Part shown: positions 27,118 to 39,362 of the stretch, in pieces
How the letters are laid out: every line of letters starts with the position of its first letter
Numbering within the stretch: the first letter of the stretch is position 1
Assembly (NCBI GenBank): GCA_002633005.1
Contig: NMRA01000020.1
Coordinates: 211,621-275,620 of the forward strand
Length of the DNA: 64,000 bases
Reading direction: 5' to 3'
Origin: Phoronis australis
Taxonomy: Eukaryota; Animalia; Phoronida
Notes under the pieces: model-generated
What the model was told of the DNA's origin: nothing
The model's database searches: none
What the model saw: the letters and a program-made list of their open reading frames with translations, nothing else
Program-made: the position numbers and the translations under genes

Positions 27118-28018
27118 CTGAAAGCATTTCGACAGTTTCCTAAGCAGTTTTATAAGCGGCTGTTCAATGAACACGAAACAGTTTCATGCTTTACTCTGAT
27201 TCTCGGCTACATTTTTTACTTTATTCGTGGTCCCATTACTACTCCTGAAGTATCATGCGAGTTGCTAATTAAGATCGAGTTAAAAATACACTGAAGCTTT
27301 TGTAAAAATTTTTGGTGAAAATTTGAGAAGAGTGTCAAGTTTTTCATAACAGACACGATGTCGCCATAATAAACTGTGGAAACGTCTTTTCAAGAGTGAC
27401 GTTTACGTTGCGTTCACGCACTTGAACCCGATGGCCGCCCGCCCTATTTGAGAAAAAGCATTGGAAGTGTCTACAGCATATCGTTACAAAACATGCGCGC
27501 AGTTACGACCCATGCGCCTATGCGTAACCTTTGAGTGAAATTATTGAGCATATTTTTTCATTTCAAGTGGGCGAACGTTGAGGAATAGGTGATAAGAGAC
27601 GAGTTCAGTTTAAAGCCCCATTTATCACCATTTTGCTTTGTTTATTGTTAACTGACTAGATTGGTTCTATAATATGCATTCATGTCTATTATGGGTCCTA
27701 GATACGGTAAAATCGCCTTTCCCATTATCAACCGATGTATTATCACAGCCTTATTTAGCGAAATTGGAATTTAATTAGGTGGTAACCTTTTTGAGGTTTA
27801 ATAGGATGAGTGAGAAGAGAAAATGCACACTTGTTCTAAGGAAAAAACGGAGATAAACGATGTGTGCGATGCCACGCTTCAAGGCGAAGGTGTTCTGAAT
27901 CGCTTTAAATTTGACAGCCGAAATGGAGCTTGGCAGTTGGGTTTCCAGGTTTCCCCCAATTGATGAGAACCAAAGAGGCCTATTCTTTCATGGGGATTCA
28001 ATGGAATGAAGATCTTAC

Positions 28019-28139
28019 CCATTTGTGAAAGTGGTGGAATTTTTGCCATCAGATCCACACACAGGCTTTTCTGGGAATTTGCTGCAGTCGGTCTTGCTCA
28101 GACGAGCGCATTTGAAGTAGTTGGGTCCTGCAGCGGCAA
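28019..28139 (-). CDS. Secreted three-Kazal-domain protein, exon 2
   Basis: CTCTTTCAG acceptor and GTAAG donor. Encodes VAAAGPNYFKCARLSKTDCSKFPEKPVCGSDGKNSTTFTNG; 121 nt, phase 1-2. Confidence 0.92.
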
Positions 28140-28531
28140 CTGAAAGAGTGGTGGTGAAAACTTCATGTATGTTTACGAATTCGTCACTATGGCTACGTTG
28201 ATCTATCGGCCGTGGTAAAACGTATTTGTTAGTGTATATAAGTATTTCTTTATAGAATTCTGTGATAAAACCAAAATTAGTTTAGATAGGAAAGTTTTCA
28301 AATTAAATTTAAATTCGCTGTGGTTTGCTACTTGACGCAGAGGATGCCGAATCCGATCAACCGTTGTTAAAAATACCACGCAAAATTGTTTTCAAATAAC
28401 TGTCGTAAATTAGTACGTAGTTTGGGAAATGTCCCCACGATTTCTTTTCTTTTCAATGAAAAGCTGCGTGAAAGGAAAGTAGTATACAAGATTCGAAAGA
28501 AGCGAACGCTCAACAAAAAAAACAAACTCAC

Positions 28532-28568
28532 CACCCAGCACAACGAGAATGACAGCAAGCTTGAACAT
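28532..28568 (-). CDS. Secreted three-Kazal-domain protein, exon 1 (signal peptide)
   Basis: ATG, MFKLAVILVVLG, then G|GTGAGT phase-1 donor joining exon 2 in frame. Confidence 0.88.
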
Positions 28569-28591
28569 ATTGCTTCGTAGTGACTTGTTCA

Positions 28592-28626
28592 AAGTGATGC
28601 ACAGCAGATGTCGCCACGTTTATATA
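28592..28626 (-). promoter_or_regulatory. Core promoter: TATA box plus Initiator-like element
   Basis: TATATAAA at 28626-28619 and TCACTT at 28597-28592. The Inr A is 31 nt from the TATA start and 27 nt before the ATG. Confidence 0.7.
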
Positions 28627-29584
28627 GACCAAGGTCCTCCAACAATATGGGAGTGGGTTGGCCCGGGGAGTGCCGCTGTCCGTTGATATCTATATTGATA
28701 AGGAATGCTTATGTTGACTTTTTAGACATTTTTGCAGCACATGGCGTAATCATCAACAAATATGTGAAGAGTAGCGCAACCTATTGAATGAATTAATGAA
28801 TGAATGACTTATATGGCAAAAGTGCAATTTGAGTGGTTTACGTCACTCATTTCCTTCTCGTACTTGCTCTGTATTGTGCCATCGACTGTGGTCATATGCG
28901 ACTTCACATAAGATAAGATTATCCGTGAGTAGACTGAATAATGACACTATTTCTGATATCTCAACAATCAGCGTGCAAGATGGCGTTCCGTTCAGCTAGC
29001 AAGCACCTGACATCTTCTTAAATTGCAGTAAACGTTATCACCGTGCGACCGGTAAATGGTGACATCCGGCCTACGAGGTGCTTTAGATGATCATGATTCC
29101 CTAAGTCGACAAGATGTATTTTTTTCCAACACTTGTTATTACTGGCTGGTTCTCACTGGAGTCGTTTAGAGTCGTATAATTTATTAAAATGAATTATCAT
29201 TCCAGAGCCATCAGATTCAAAAGGCAGAATGTTACTTCCGGTAGCGTGAGAGGGTGGTGATAGTGTACAGCCGAGGAAAATGGACACTCTTTCCAAATGC
29301 AACGAGAGATAAAATTGTGAAAATATATAAACTCAAAATGACCATCATTTTGCAAATCTGACAGGTAACTGAAATATTTTTCAATTTAGAAACAAACAAT
29401 GTTACACAAAACAGTATAGGATAAGAGTGTAATGATGAAACCCTTTGTGACCAATTGATTCATCAATTCGTCAACATAACTTGTAATATCTATTAATTAA
29501 GGCTATCATTAAACCATTAGAAAAACTCTAAGGTGATGTTTGAACCCAAAGCTATTTAGAAATTGACTGTCTTCCAAAAATTTT

Positions 29585-30865
29585 GTGCAATGTTTTACAC
29601 GTCTTTGCTGCGCAAACCACAAACTGGCCCTCATTTAAACGTGCAGTAAAACGACTGATTGTGTGTATTGTACTCGCGAAATTTTATCGGCTATGCAGTT
29701 TGTTAGTTTGCGACACTTTCTTTGAAATCAAAACTAAGTTTTTAAGTGAGAACATGCATGGGGAAAATTCTAAGAATAAACATCAAACCAATAGAATTTT
29801 TCGTCGATGGACCGAGAATGTTCTGAAACTAAACGTCCAACTCGACAACGTGTTTTTCATCTGTGACAAGAAGGAAAAGAAGGGAGATGGGAAACGAAGA
29901 ATTGCTGAAACATGAACTGTTGTTTGTGCTGTTGAAGCGAGACGGGATGGAGTGTACGAAGGGAGACGTGTTCCTTTAATTTATTGAGCCACTGATTGAA
30001 ACGCTGTGTTGATTAGATGGTCAAAAGACTGCTCGGTGTTCCACCCGCTACAGGCAAAAGGATATCTTTGTTTTTTGAGCTTTCCCTGTTAGTGCTCTCC
30101 TGCCGAAGTTTCATCGGAACCCATTGTGTACTGTAATCAGTCCATTCAACGCGTTGCTGACGCCTGCAGGAGTTAGTGTTTGACAAGTGTGCCATTTTCT
30201 CTTTTCAAGACTATGATTGTTGAGCATGCGCACTGGCGTCCACACTAGAAAATTCCTGGTTTCATGGCGCTGGGTGGCACTGTGCAGTTACACCGTACAC
30301 CCGTTGGCACTCCCTAGAAATAAAATTGATTTTTTGAGGACGGCCAGGCTTGGCGGCAGTTTCAAGATATGCATTGGAAGCAGGTTCAGTGAATCTGGTC
30401 TGCCTGTTCTTGTGAACATGCTGCGAAAAGCTCATTATTTCGGCTATAGATGTCACTTTGTGCAGTGTTACATCGCAGTACAGTGACAGGATTCTGCTGC
30501 CATTGGGTGGCAGCACTTTTGAACCAATTCTGTGAAAGCTGTAATAAATTTGCATTCAAAATCTAGTGTGTCTTCATGACGAACATTGGCAGGAAAGTGG
30601 TGGTTTTGGGCTGAAAATGTCAGTTTCGCGTTTTTTACCACATTTTTTTCTGAGCCTGGCCTTTCAGGTTTTAAGGTGAAATATGACTCACAACTTTTCA
30701 TTTTATTCGTACAATTTTCCACAGTTCTGGGTTGTTTTACACGTCTTTGCTGCGCAAATCACCCACTGGCCGTCATTTAAACATGCAATAAAAAGACAGA
30801 GTGTGTGTATAGTGCTCGCGAAATTTTATCGAGGATTAATACTTTTTGTTAGTTTGCGACATTTC
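29585..30865. repeat. Pair of ~140-bp diverged direct repeats (~29585-29716 and ~30730-30863), probably TE-derived
   Basis: TGTTTTACACGTCTTTGCTGCGCAAA...TGTTAGTTTGCGACA occurs twice. Confidence 0.7.
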
Positions 30866-33232
30866 ATGAGTCCGCTTAAAAATATTTCGGCAAAAAAATA
30901 ATTTACGGATAATAAAAACAGAAGAAGTAAGTTATCAAAGCACAAAAGGTCGCTTGGCATTGCTTTTGAAGCCCAATATTACAACATATCTGGAGTACAT
31001 GTGGAGATAATCTGAGCGGATTTAAGTAGGATAATTCGCTAATGTTAGTAAAGGAAATAATGGTTTCACAAGGCCGCTTTTCCATATAGGTGGCGCTATG
31101 ATAAAGGGCAAGGCGAATAGAGCAATAACAACCATTTTCACTTTACTTTTCACTCCATGTGTGTGATGTCGAAGAAAGTAGCTTAGACCGTGTTCACAAT
31201 TCAGATGACTTGCTGAATCAATTTCAATAGCCACACAATACATTACTATCATGAAGAACGAATTAACATACACAAAATTGGCACCCCTCCAAAAAGTAGC
31301 ATGCAGCTACAGTGCTACAATAAACATTGTATGTGACTACCAAAACATTAAAAACTTTCCCAAGTTATCGTTACCGGGATGATTTTCCTTAGATATGCCC
31401 ATGGGCGTGTACTCGGAAAGTGATTTCTTCAGGAGTTTTAGTGACACCAAATAAATGCCCAGGCGTTTATTCAGTAAAAGGAAGCGGAAAGTCAATTTTG
31501 GTTACGCAAATGCCAGCATGGACTGAATACACGTAGACCTAGATTAAGAGGTTCCCGAATTTGGCATTTTTTACTTCAAACTGCGCTTTTAAATTTTGTA
31601 TCAATCAAAGCATAGTTCGCCAACACTTGGTTCGTTTTTGTAAATAATAAATGCTCCTCTAAACTGAGTTTGTGACTAAAAGTTTACGCTGAGCGGGCTT
31701 TTACGAGGAAATTTTAAGATTAAATGCTCCTTGACAACAGAAGTTGTAACACCAAATTAAAGTCCACGAGCATTTATTGTGCATAATTTCCGAATAAACG
31801 CCCACGGGCCTTTCATCGGGTGGGCTTATCTTTAGAAAATTCCAGTATGTGAAAAGTAGCTTTATAGTATGGGTCATTTACATTCTGATGTGAGCAAAAG
31901 CACTTGAACTTCGAGGATTCATCAATCCTAACCACAAGTGTTTGATGAAATTTGGGACAAACACTACATGCGCTATGTATCACCACGTTACCATAGATAG
32001 AGTCACTGTGTGTTCAGTGTTCGCAATTTTGAAATTCTGTACGCGAGATGCCTTGCTTTTGTTAGTTATTTTTGTCGTATTACTTACTAAATATTTTTAC
32101 AGAGTGATCTTTGGAAAGCAGCATTGTGTAATCTTAGACACCACTTAACACTTTGGTCATGACTGGCAAAAACAAGAAATGATAACTGGAATAACGGTAT
32201 CGCCTTATACTCGAACAGGAGACCCTGACCTTATATATAATCCGGGTCATTTGCATTTTTAGGTGTTCTAAAAGAGCTGCATCATTGGGCCTATTAGGGT
32301 AACACAGTAGAGTGCAGCATGTGTTTATCCATTGCGTTTGAGCATGCGTGAATTATCTGCTTAGAGGGGTATGGAAAGCATGGGGAAATGGTCGATTCAC
32401 CGTGTTTAAAAATTGTACAGTGACAGCAAATGGTCAACGTTACGCTTGGAGGCCATTGCGCTGGATAAAATCAAAGCTTTGCCGAACAGTCAATTTATTC
32501 TAGAAAAACTACCGTAGCTTTAACACTACAGAGTAAAGTACGGGTATACTTAACCAACAAACACAACGGTCAGTAAATTGGTTTTATTAAAAAAAATTTC
32601 GGCCGAGGCTTATTTAATCCCAAAATCCAACACTTGGAGTGACTGGACTGATATGCAAACGATTTTTAGTAAGTGTATTGTGCTATTTTTCGACTTGCAT
32701 GAGGTCGCATAATGGTGAGATATCACTTACAGGTCTAGGATGACCGGCCAAAAATTTCAAGGGGTAAGCCTTCGTAATAGTCTTAAAACCAACATGTTGA
32801 CGCACTTTATTTCTTTGTTTTGGTCGTTTCAGGTGCAGAGAGAGGGAGTTTTAACATATCCCCCTACACCCTAAATCCGTTAATGGCATAGTTTTAACAA
32901 TCCTAGTGATAGATTGCCGTGGCCTTGTGTAATCTCTCTACATTACTAACACAGGGTACTTATTTTCCGCATTCAACACTCCCTCGGGCGCATCCAAAGT
33001 ACCTTTCAATAAACTACCCTGTAGCAACAACAGACTTCTAGGGTAGGGACTGAATCAACCTAGTATTCCTGTCATAAAAAGGCCCCTTGTTAACCTTTAT
33101 GTTAAAAATATTATATCAATGGAATTTCACATATGAAATGGGCAGTGTCAAGACTTGGCAAATGTGGGGTCGACACAAACCTGAGGATTTTTCAAAATAG
33201 TATTTGGCGCGGGAACGCTGCTACTGCGTTAT

Positions 33233-33890
33233 TCAAATGAACTCAACGGAATCTCGCACTAGACCTTTCAAGTGATCTGTTGTATCACTTAGTATTCGCA
33301 ATGCATATTTTAGCTTCAGTTTGTTATCCTCGGGTAATGTGTTCATTTCCGTCACTGGACTCGTGTAGCTTTTTATGCCACTGCTGCGAAAGATATCTAT
33401 GGTGTCACGAACTACGGTCAAAATATAGTTTATCCAGCACGGACGATCCTCGACATCGTTCGCCAGCAGGACGCCTTCAAAAGGTGATGTGACGGTGACT
33501 TTCTTTGTCTTTGCCCCAAAAGGCCCGTCTCGGTTTTCACGAACGTCGGGTCTTGTGGTGTCGCAGTTTTTGCCACAAACACACAGTGCAGGTACTGTGT
33601 TTGATTTAGAGCTATTTTTATTACGTTCTGGCAGTTGGCACTCATCCGCACCGTTGTATGGAACGGTGTTTTGAGACCCATTTAAGGACACCAGAGGACT
33701 CTGAAACATATCAACCACACATTGGCTGTCTATGGATACTTCAGCCTTTTCATTGCCTTCCTTCAACAAACTGTCTGTGCAACACTCTTTAGCCGCCTTG
33801 TCCACCTCATGTTTTCCTGCATGGTACTGGTCGTCATTGGTGGACTGTACTTTAGGGTTGAAGTTTTTACGACCTTTCTTTTTCGTCACT
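33233..33890 (-). CDS. Terminal (cytoplasmic-tail) exon of an unidentified single-pass membrane protein
   Basis: Acceptor TTATTTTCAG, conserved in copy 1 near 18930. Open for 218 codons, starting VTKKKGRK. Phase 2 matches the exon at 34565-34682. Confidence 0.65.
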
Positions 33891-33994
33891 CTGAAAATAA
33901 TCAACGGAATTACTACTGAAAGGCTTCTACGACCGACATGCCTACTGTCAGAAAGACTCCTACGGCTCATATTTGTCACGTGAAAGTGACAATG

Positions 33995-34208
33995 TGCACT
34001 TTGCAGAGTGGGTTGTACGACAATAAATCCCACTAAAAACAGCAGTCAGTAGAACACGAGTGATGCACTGTGCACAATGGATTGTACGACAATGACGCCC
34101 ACTAAAAACAGCAGTCAGTAGAACACGAGTGATGCACTGTGCACAATGGATTGTACGACAATGACGCCCACTAAAAACAGCAGTCAGTAGAACACGAGTT
34201 ATGCACTT
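33995..34208. repeat. 69-bp tandem minisatellite (~3 units), predicted intronic
   Basis: CACTAAAAAC recurs at 34031, 34100 and 34169. Confidence 0.9.
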
Positions 34209-34564
34209 TCCCCTGTCACCACTTTGGCAGAGTTCCAACTCGAAAATGTGACAGAAGGAGATTCCTCCCCTTGAAATCCCTAAGTAGGGAGTAAACTGAG
34301 CGAACGGCAGCGCCGCATGGAGAAGGGAGAGGGTGGGAGAGAGAGGGAGAGAGGGGGAGGNAGAGGGAGAGGGAGAGACTGTATCAGTCAGAATACAATA
34401 GACACTACGAGAAACAGGCTGTCACATGTATACTGTATCACTCAGAAGACAATAGACTCTACGAGAAACAGCGTCTGGTAGAACCCAAGCGACTCTGCAA
34501 CGTCGAGAAAATATATATTAAGTCTACTTTTGTGTTTTGGACTTATCACATTTAGTGTACTTAC

Positions 34565-34682
34565 ATAAACACTACGACAGACACCGCTACTGCGACATGT
34601 AATAGGACGGACACTGTGAGCACAATGGTTATCGTCGACCCGTGGACAGAGCTGTTTGCTTCACTACGGATTTGCATGCTTT
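34565..34682 (-). CDS. Transmembrane exon of an unidentified type I membrane protein
   Basis: TTCTTCTTTTAAAG acceptor and GTAAGT donor. Encodes SMQIRSEANSSVHGSTITIVLTVSVLLHVAVAVSVVVF(I); 118 nt, phase 1-2. Confidence 0.65.
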
Positions 34683-36703
34683 CTTTAAAAGAAGAAACGC
34701 GATTCATTTTCTCGATCAAGTTTAATGCACTGATAGTTGACGGGAACTAATTCCTGTAGAGGGGCAATCTTTCGCAGTGCTTACAGTCTGAACTAAGCAG
34801 TGACTTAGTCTAACGAAGTGCGACATGTTTCGGAGATTGCAGAATAACTGTAATACATTATTAAAGTTGGTGGACCCGGGTTTGGTGAATGAGACGCTTA
34901 AAATTCAAATAAAACCAAACTTTTGTATGCGACACGAATTACATTATTTGATCTTGATGCAATGAAGAATTCTCAACGCCGTGTATCTTCACATTCACTA
35001 ACAGTAATAGCGAAAAAAATTAATCGATATCCCAAAAAACCGTGGTCATATGACTGCCTATATAGACATGTTTGGTGAATGAAATCAAAACAGAGAAAAC
35101 TCGAAAATTTTCTGGTCTAGTTTCAATTCCAAAGAAATTCAGAACCAACCAAAACGGTAAAAACAAGAATTACAAAAGATACAATGTACAACAATGAGAG
35201 ATAAACCCAGAAAGCGCTAGAAAGCATTATATCCTGGAGCACAAACACGTGTTGAAAAAGTACGTTTAAGTAATGAAGTAACAGTGTCAAGAACATGGCC
35301 CAATTTCTACTGATTCAAATATTCAAAATTAAGTCAGAAAAACATCTGTCAGAGATTTCTGAATTCTGAGTATTGGATTTCTATCTCAAAAGTTTCAAAA
35401 AAGAAAATTTTCTCGTAAGAAACATAGAAGTACAAAATCCCAACGACACCTTATGCAAAAATTATCGATAAGTGTATAAAGCTTACTATATGAAATTTTT
35501 ATTTGAATATGGTTAACTAAGTTTGAAATATGATGTTCTGAAGTTAGTCAAAAAGATTGCCCCTAGGTTGAAGCTGCGTTTCACTCGGTTTATTTGACTA
35601 AAATACGAATATCAAATTAGGTTCTTTTGCTCTCGTACCATCGGTCTTGCAACATTCCTTGCCGTAACAGGATTTTACTTCCGTTACCAATAGGAACACC
35701 AAAATCATCAAAGTTTCAGAGTTTATTAGGCTTGGCCAACACGAAAATTAAGGATTTGAAAATAGCGCATGCATTGGATGCGACTTGAGTTACCAGTTCA
35801 TTCTACAGTAATCAACATCCGATAAGCTTGGTAATGTTTTTAAACCTAATAGTGCTTCGCTTAATAATTCAACATTGACAGTTAAACGACAAATGCAGCT
35901 TTAAACTTATTCACAACTTTAACGCCGCTGAAACATGCATTGGAGCAGTGGCATAGCTAGGGTTATTGGGGTCCAATCAGAAGACAATGGATGTCGATCC
36001 GTCACCTCCGTCCTTCCAATGTCATTCCACCAATGGAAGTCAATTTTAAATTTGCTCTACACTTCCCCCGTCGGTGCCACCCCCTTTCTAGGTGCCGCCG
36101 TCCCACACGCCCCACCTCCTCTCCTAGCTTTGCCACTTCATCCGAGACGCTCTACCACTACAAACTTCTCCGACTTCATTATAGAACTCGTCCAATTAAA
36201 CTCGGAACAGCTGTGGAACACGCTCAACGAAATTTTTCTTACCAGTATGCAGGCACTGTATCGAAGAATTCAACGATGTATTGGACATAACTATGTCGAT
36301 GGAAACCTCTGGATAGCAGGCCCTAAATTAGTTAAGAAACACAATACATGGAAAAACAAACAAAGTCCACGAAATAATTACTGCACACAGTTTGGAAAGA
36401 AAGACTTTCCTTAACTGAGACCAGAATCACAAAGCAAAATTTTCAATCATCCCCGAGGCCGCGGGCTCAAATCCTGTGCTCCATGGCTGAAGAACAACAT
36501 TGCACCAATTGTTTTTCAGAGACGGTGTAAAGCCCGAAGTAAATGTTAGGTGAGGGCCCGGACCAATTAAAGGCCAAGATCAAGGCTTAGCTTTATATAC
36601 AGTAAACGTTTGTGAGTTCGCAACATTTGTTTTCAGAGGTGAAGGAATCATCAAATTGCAATAAAACTAACAATCAATAAAATAATAAATGCAGGCGATC
36701 TGG

Positions 36704-36920
36704 TCACACGTTGTACCAGAAATGTGCAGGCCGCTCATGTGGCCCATTGCACTGAACACTTGGAACCATTTTATGCATTATTAATATATAGATAAAACCG
36801 AGCTGAGGAGCTGGAGACCTGACTGAAGGGCCTAGCAGTGTGCCCCAGTGGGCCTGGAACCCACGGCCTTGAGTAAAAGAATCGACACTTATCCCGTTGG
36901 GCCACACTGCCACCTCCTCT
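36704..36920 (-). mobile_element. tRNA-derived SINE-like element
   Basis: Head GGCAGTGTGGCCCAACGGGATAAG...GGGTTCCAGGCCC has A-box and B-box-like motifs, followed by a non-tRNA body. Confidence 0.45.
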
Positions 36921-38687
36921 AGATTCGCGTTATTCTTCACATCCAGTTATTCGTACTTTCGCTATACAAGCTTTTGATACACCCTGTAGTCAAACAAGGT
37001 TTGTTTTTGAAAGTAGGTGGAGATGACGTGCAACTTTCCCGAGTTCATCAGCAAATATCAAATTGACTTACTTATGCAGTTACTTAGGTCTGATTATATG
37101 AAATATGTGTAAACAGTCCGGTATAGAAAGCGACGTTGTAAATCATCTATGACAAGGTTTACAAACCACAAGTACACTGTGTATGCTTACTAAAGTATAT
37201 ATTCCGTGACGCTTCTTATGACGTAACAATAGAATTGACAGAGGTCGTGACCTTTTAAGAAACGCTGAGTTATTCTTGGCATACATTTGTGCAACTTCCC
37301 CGCTGATCAAGTCATGTGCCGAGCATGGAATACTACATTCGTATCCACGACAAGGACTATCAAAAAAATTCCCGATCAGCAAGATCTGTTCTAGATTTGG
37401 TCACTCCGACGTGGGCAAAATAACCAAATAAAATCTGACACAAAAGTAGAGTCATTAACAGCAACATCGCTCATCCTTGAGTAAACTAAATTATTTACTG
37501 GAGTTGGAAAAACTGACGTTCCACAGGGACTGTTCATCTACTACTAAAATTGTAGTGCGCTCTTTTGGGTCGGCTTTCGGCGATTGCGTCACCTGACCTT
37601 GACTAGTTTCTTTTTCCCGATTTCAAAAGCTTATTCATAGTGATTGAACGCCCTCTCCCGATGTGGATGCTCGGGGCGGACGCCCAGTCGAAACCCAACC
37701 CCCTTCTGCACGCTACTGGTGAGGTTGGAATGTTAAATTACGGGAAAGAATTCATAAATTATGGTGTATAAGCAAATAAGTAAATTATACTGTTTAAGCA
37801 AAGATTCCTCGCCTCAAAGTACATGAGTCTACGGAACGCAGCTCGTGTTGATGCATTTATAAAACACCGACTTGTTTCAAGAGCCACTTACCGCAGTCAC
37901 CAGCCGCGCCTCCGTGGGGCACTTATCCCACGGTTGTAGGCTGCTGTCGAGCATAATTTTATCATTTGTCATTATGATGCCAATAAAATTTCTTTTTTTC
38001 ATAGTCAGTTGCCATGCAGATATAATACGCTTGAAAAATTGAACGAGGAGTCTTTAAAAAATCAGCACATGTATAGCAGGTAATATAGAACTCGGGTTTC
38101 TGTCTTTATTATAACTTAGATGGGGAAACCAGATGTTCACTTTGCATAATAGAACGAGGCAAAACACCACGAGGTGGCATACCTAAAAGTGGCGCTCAGA
38201 ACTTTTAGCAGCTCCGACTTTCGAAAATTGGTCAAACTTGCGGCGCGTTTATCTCTTTGGTTCAAAAAGTAGTGCCTAGTGGGGACTCCAAAGCGGAACT
38301 TTTTCTTTGGAGATAATTGACTTAAGAACAAACTTCATTGGTCATTGGTTATGATTTTTGACACAATGAGATGGCCAATAGTTGCCCACAAGGGTCACAC
38401 ATCCGAATGCTAGTATTGTTAGCGTGCAGTCCTAACGATTTATTAAGTCGGATACAAGTTTGACATTATTTCTAATGAGAACCTAAGTTCGCAGCAGCTG
38501 TATTCCGGAAGCCGTTATTTCAAAGGTTTCGAAGTACAGGGGACACGCGGTTATCTATTTAGTTACCTTTTTGAATTTGCTGATTGGTTATCATGGCGCC
38601 ATACTGCACAAATCAGCTTTAAAATTAACGTGCATTATCAAAATTTAGCACACATGAGCAAACCAGTTTGGTTTTATTTGGCAAACT

Positions 38688-38750
38688 TTTGTTTGCGAAC
38701 TTGCCCAAGCTCGAGTTCGGTCGAGTTTGCAAACAAAAAGTTTGCCAATA
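38688..38750. repeat. Imperfect palindrome (MITE core)
   Basis: TTGGCAAACTTTTGTTTGCGAACT...AGTTTGCAAACAAAAAGTTTGCCAA. Confidence 0.65.
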
Positions 38751-39215
38751 TGGACTGTTCTTAATATTGCGTGACTGCATTGCACTAAATATGGATTTTC
38801 ATGGGCCCCTTGTGCTCATGAGGTCCCCGGACAAGTGCACGGACGGCCTCAGCACGTTGTCTTAGGGAGTTTTATTTTACTTGTGGCAACTTCAACGATT
38901 GTACTTGACCTGTGTGATTTCTGAACGAGACGCATTAGCGAAGAGAAATGTCAACGAATTATTATTACAGGCAAGTAATTTTATGTAGAGACACCAGTCC
39001 TCAAGCTGACTGGCTTGAACTGGTTCGCAGCCGGTCTGCTGGATTCACGGCATGCATGTTTGCGAATTACAGTGCGATGCTAAAATTGATGTTCATGCAA
39101 ACACCGAGAAATCTTAAATAATATCTGAAATAAGCTGGTCAAAATTGTGCTAGCATTGCATTTAGAGGTGGGACAACATGGCTGCCACTACCGTACGGCT
39201 CATGAGCCCGATAAA

Positions 39216-39216
<1 letters not shown>

Positions 39217-39294
<78 letters not shown>

Positions 39295-39362
39295 GTGATC
39301 ATATCTACATCATCATCATCATCACCATCATTATCATCAGCATCATTATCGTCATCATCATC
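39217..39362. repeat. (CAT)n microsatellite
   Basis: About 25 perfect units followed by a degenerate tail. Confidence 0.95.

Larger units (their letters stand above)
24730..34280. repeat. Tandem segmental duplication, copy 2 (carries the intact gene)
   Basis: Colinear with 9060-19530. It retains 28180-33295, which copy 1 lacks. Confidence 0.9.

Noticed and set aside
26433-27294. 144-, 128- and 108-aa ORFs, and their counterparts at 14571-15294
   Set aside because: They are wrong-frame or antisense shadows of Kazal exons 3 and 4.
35935-36414. 159-aa ORF with a weak Tc1-like C-terminal pattern
   Set aside because: The first half is MITE-like sequence, there are no DDE motifs or TIRs, and the similarity is too weak to call.
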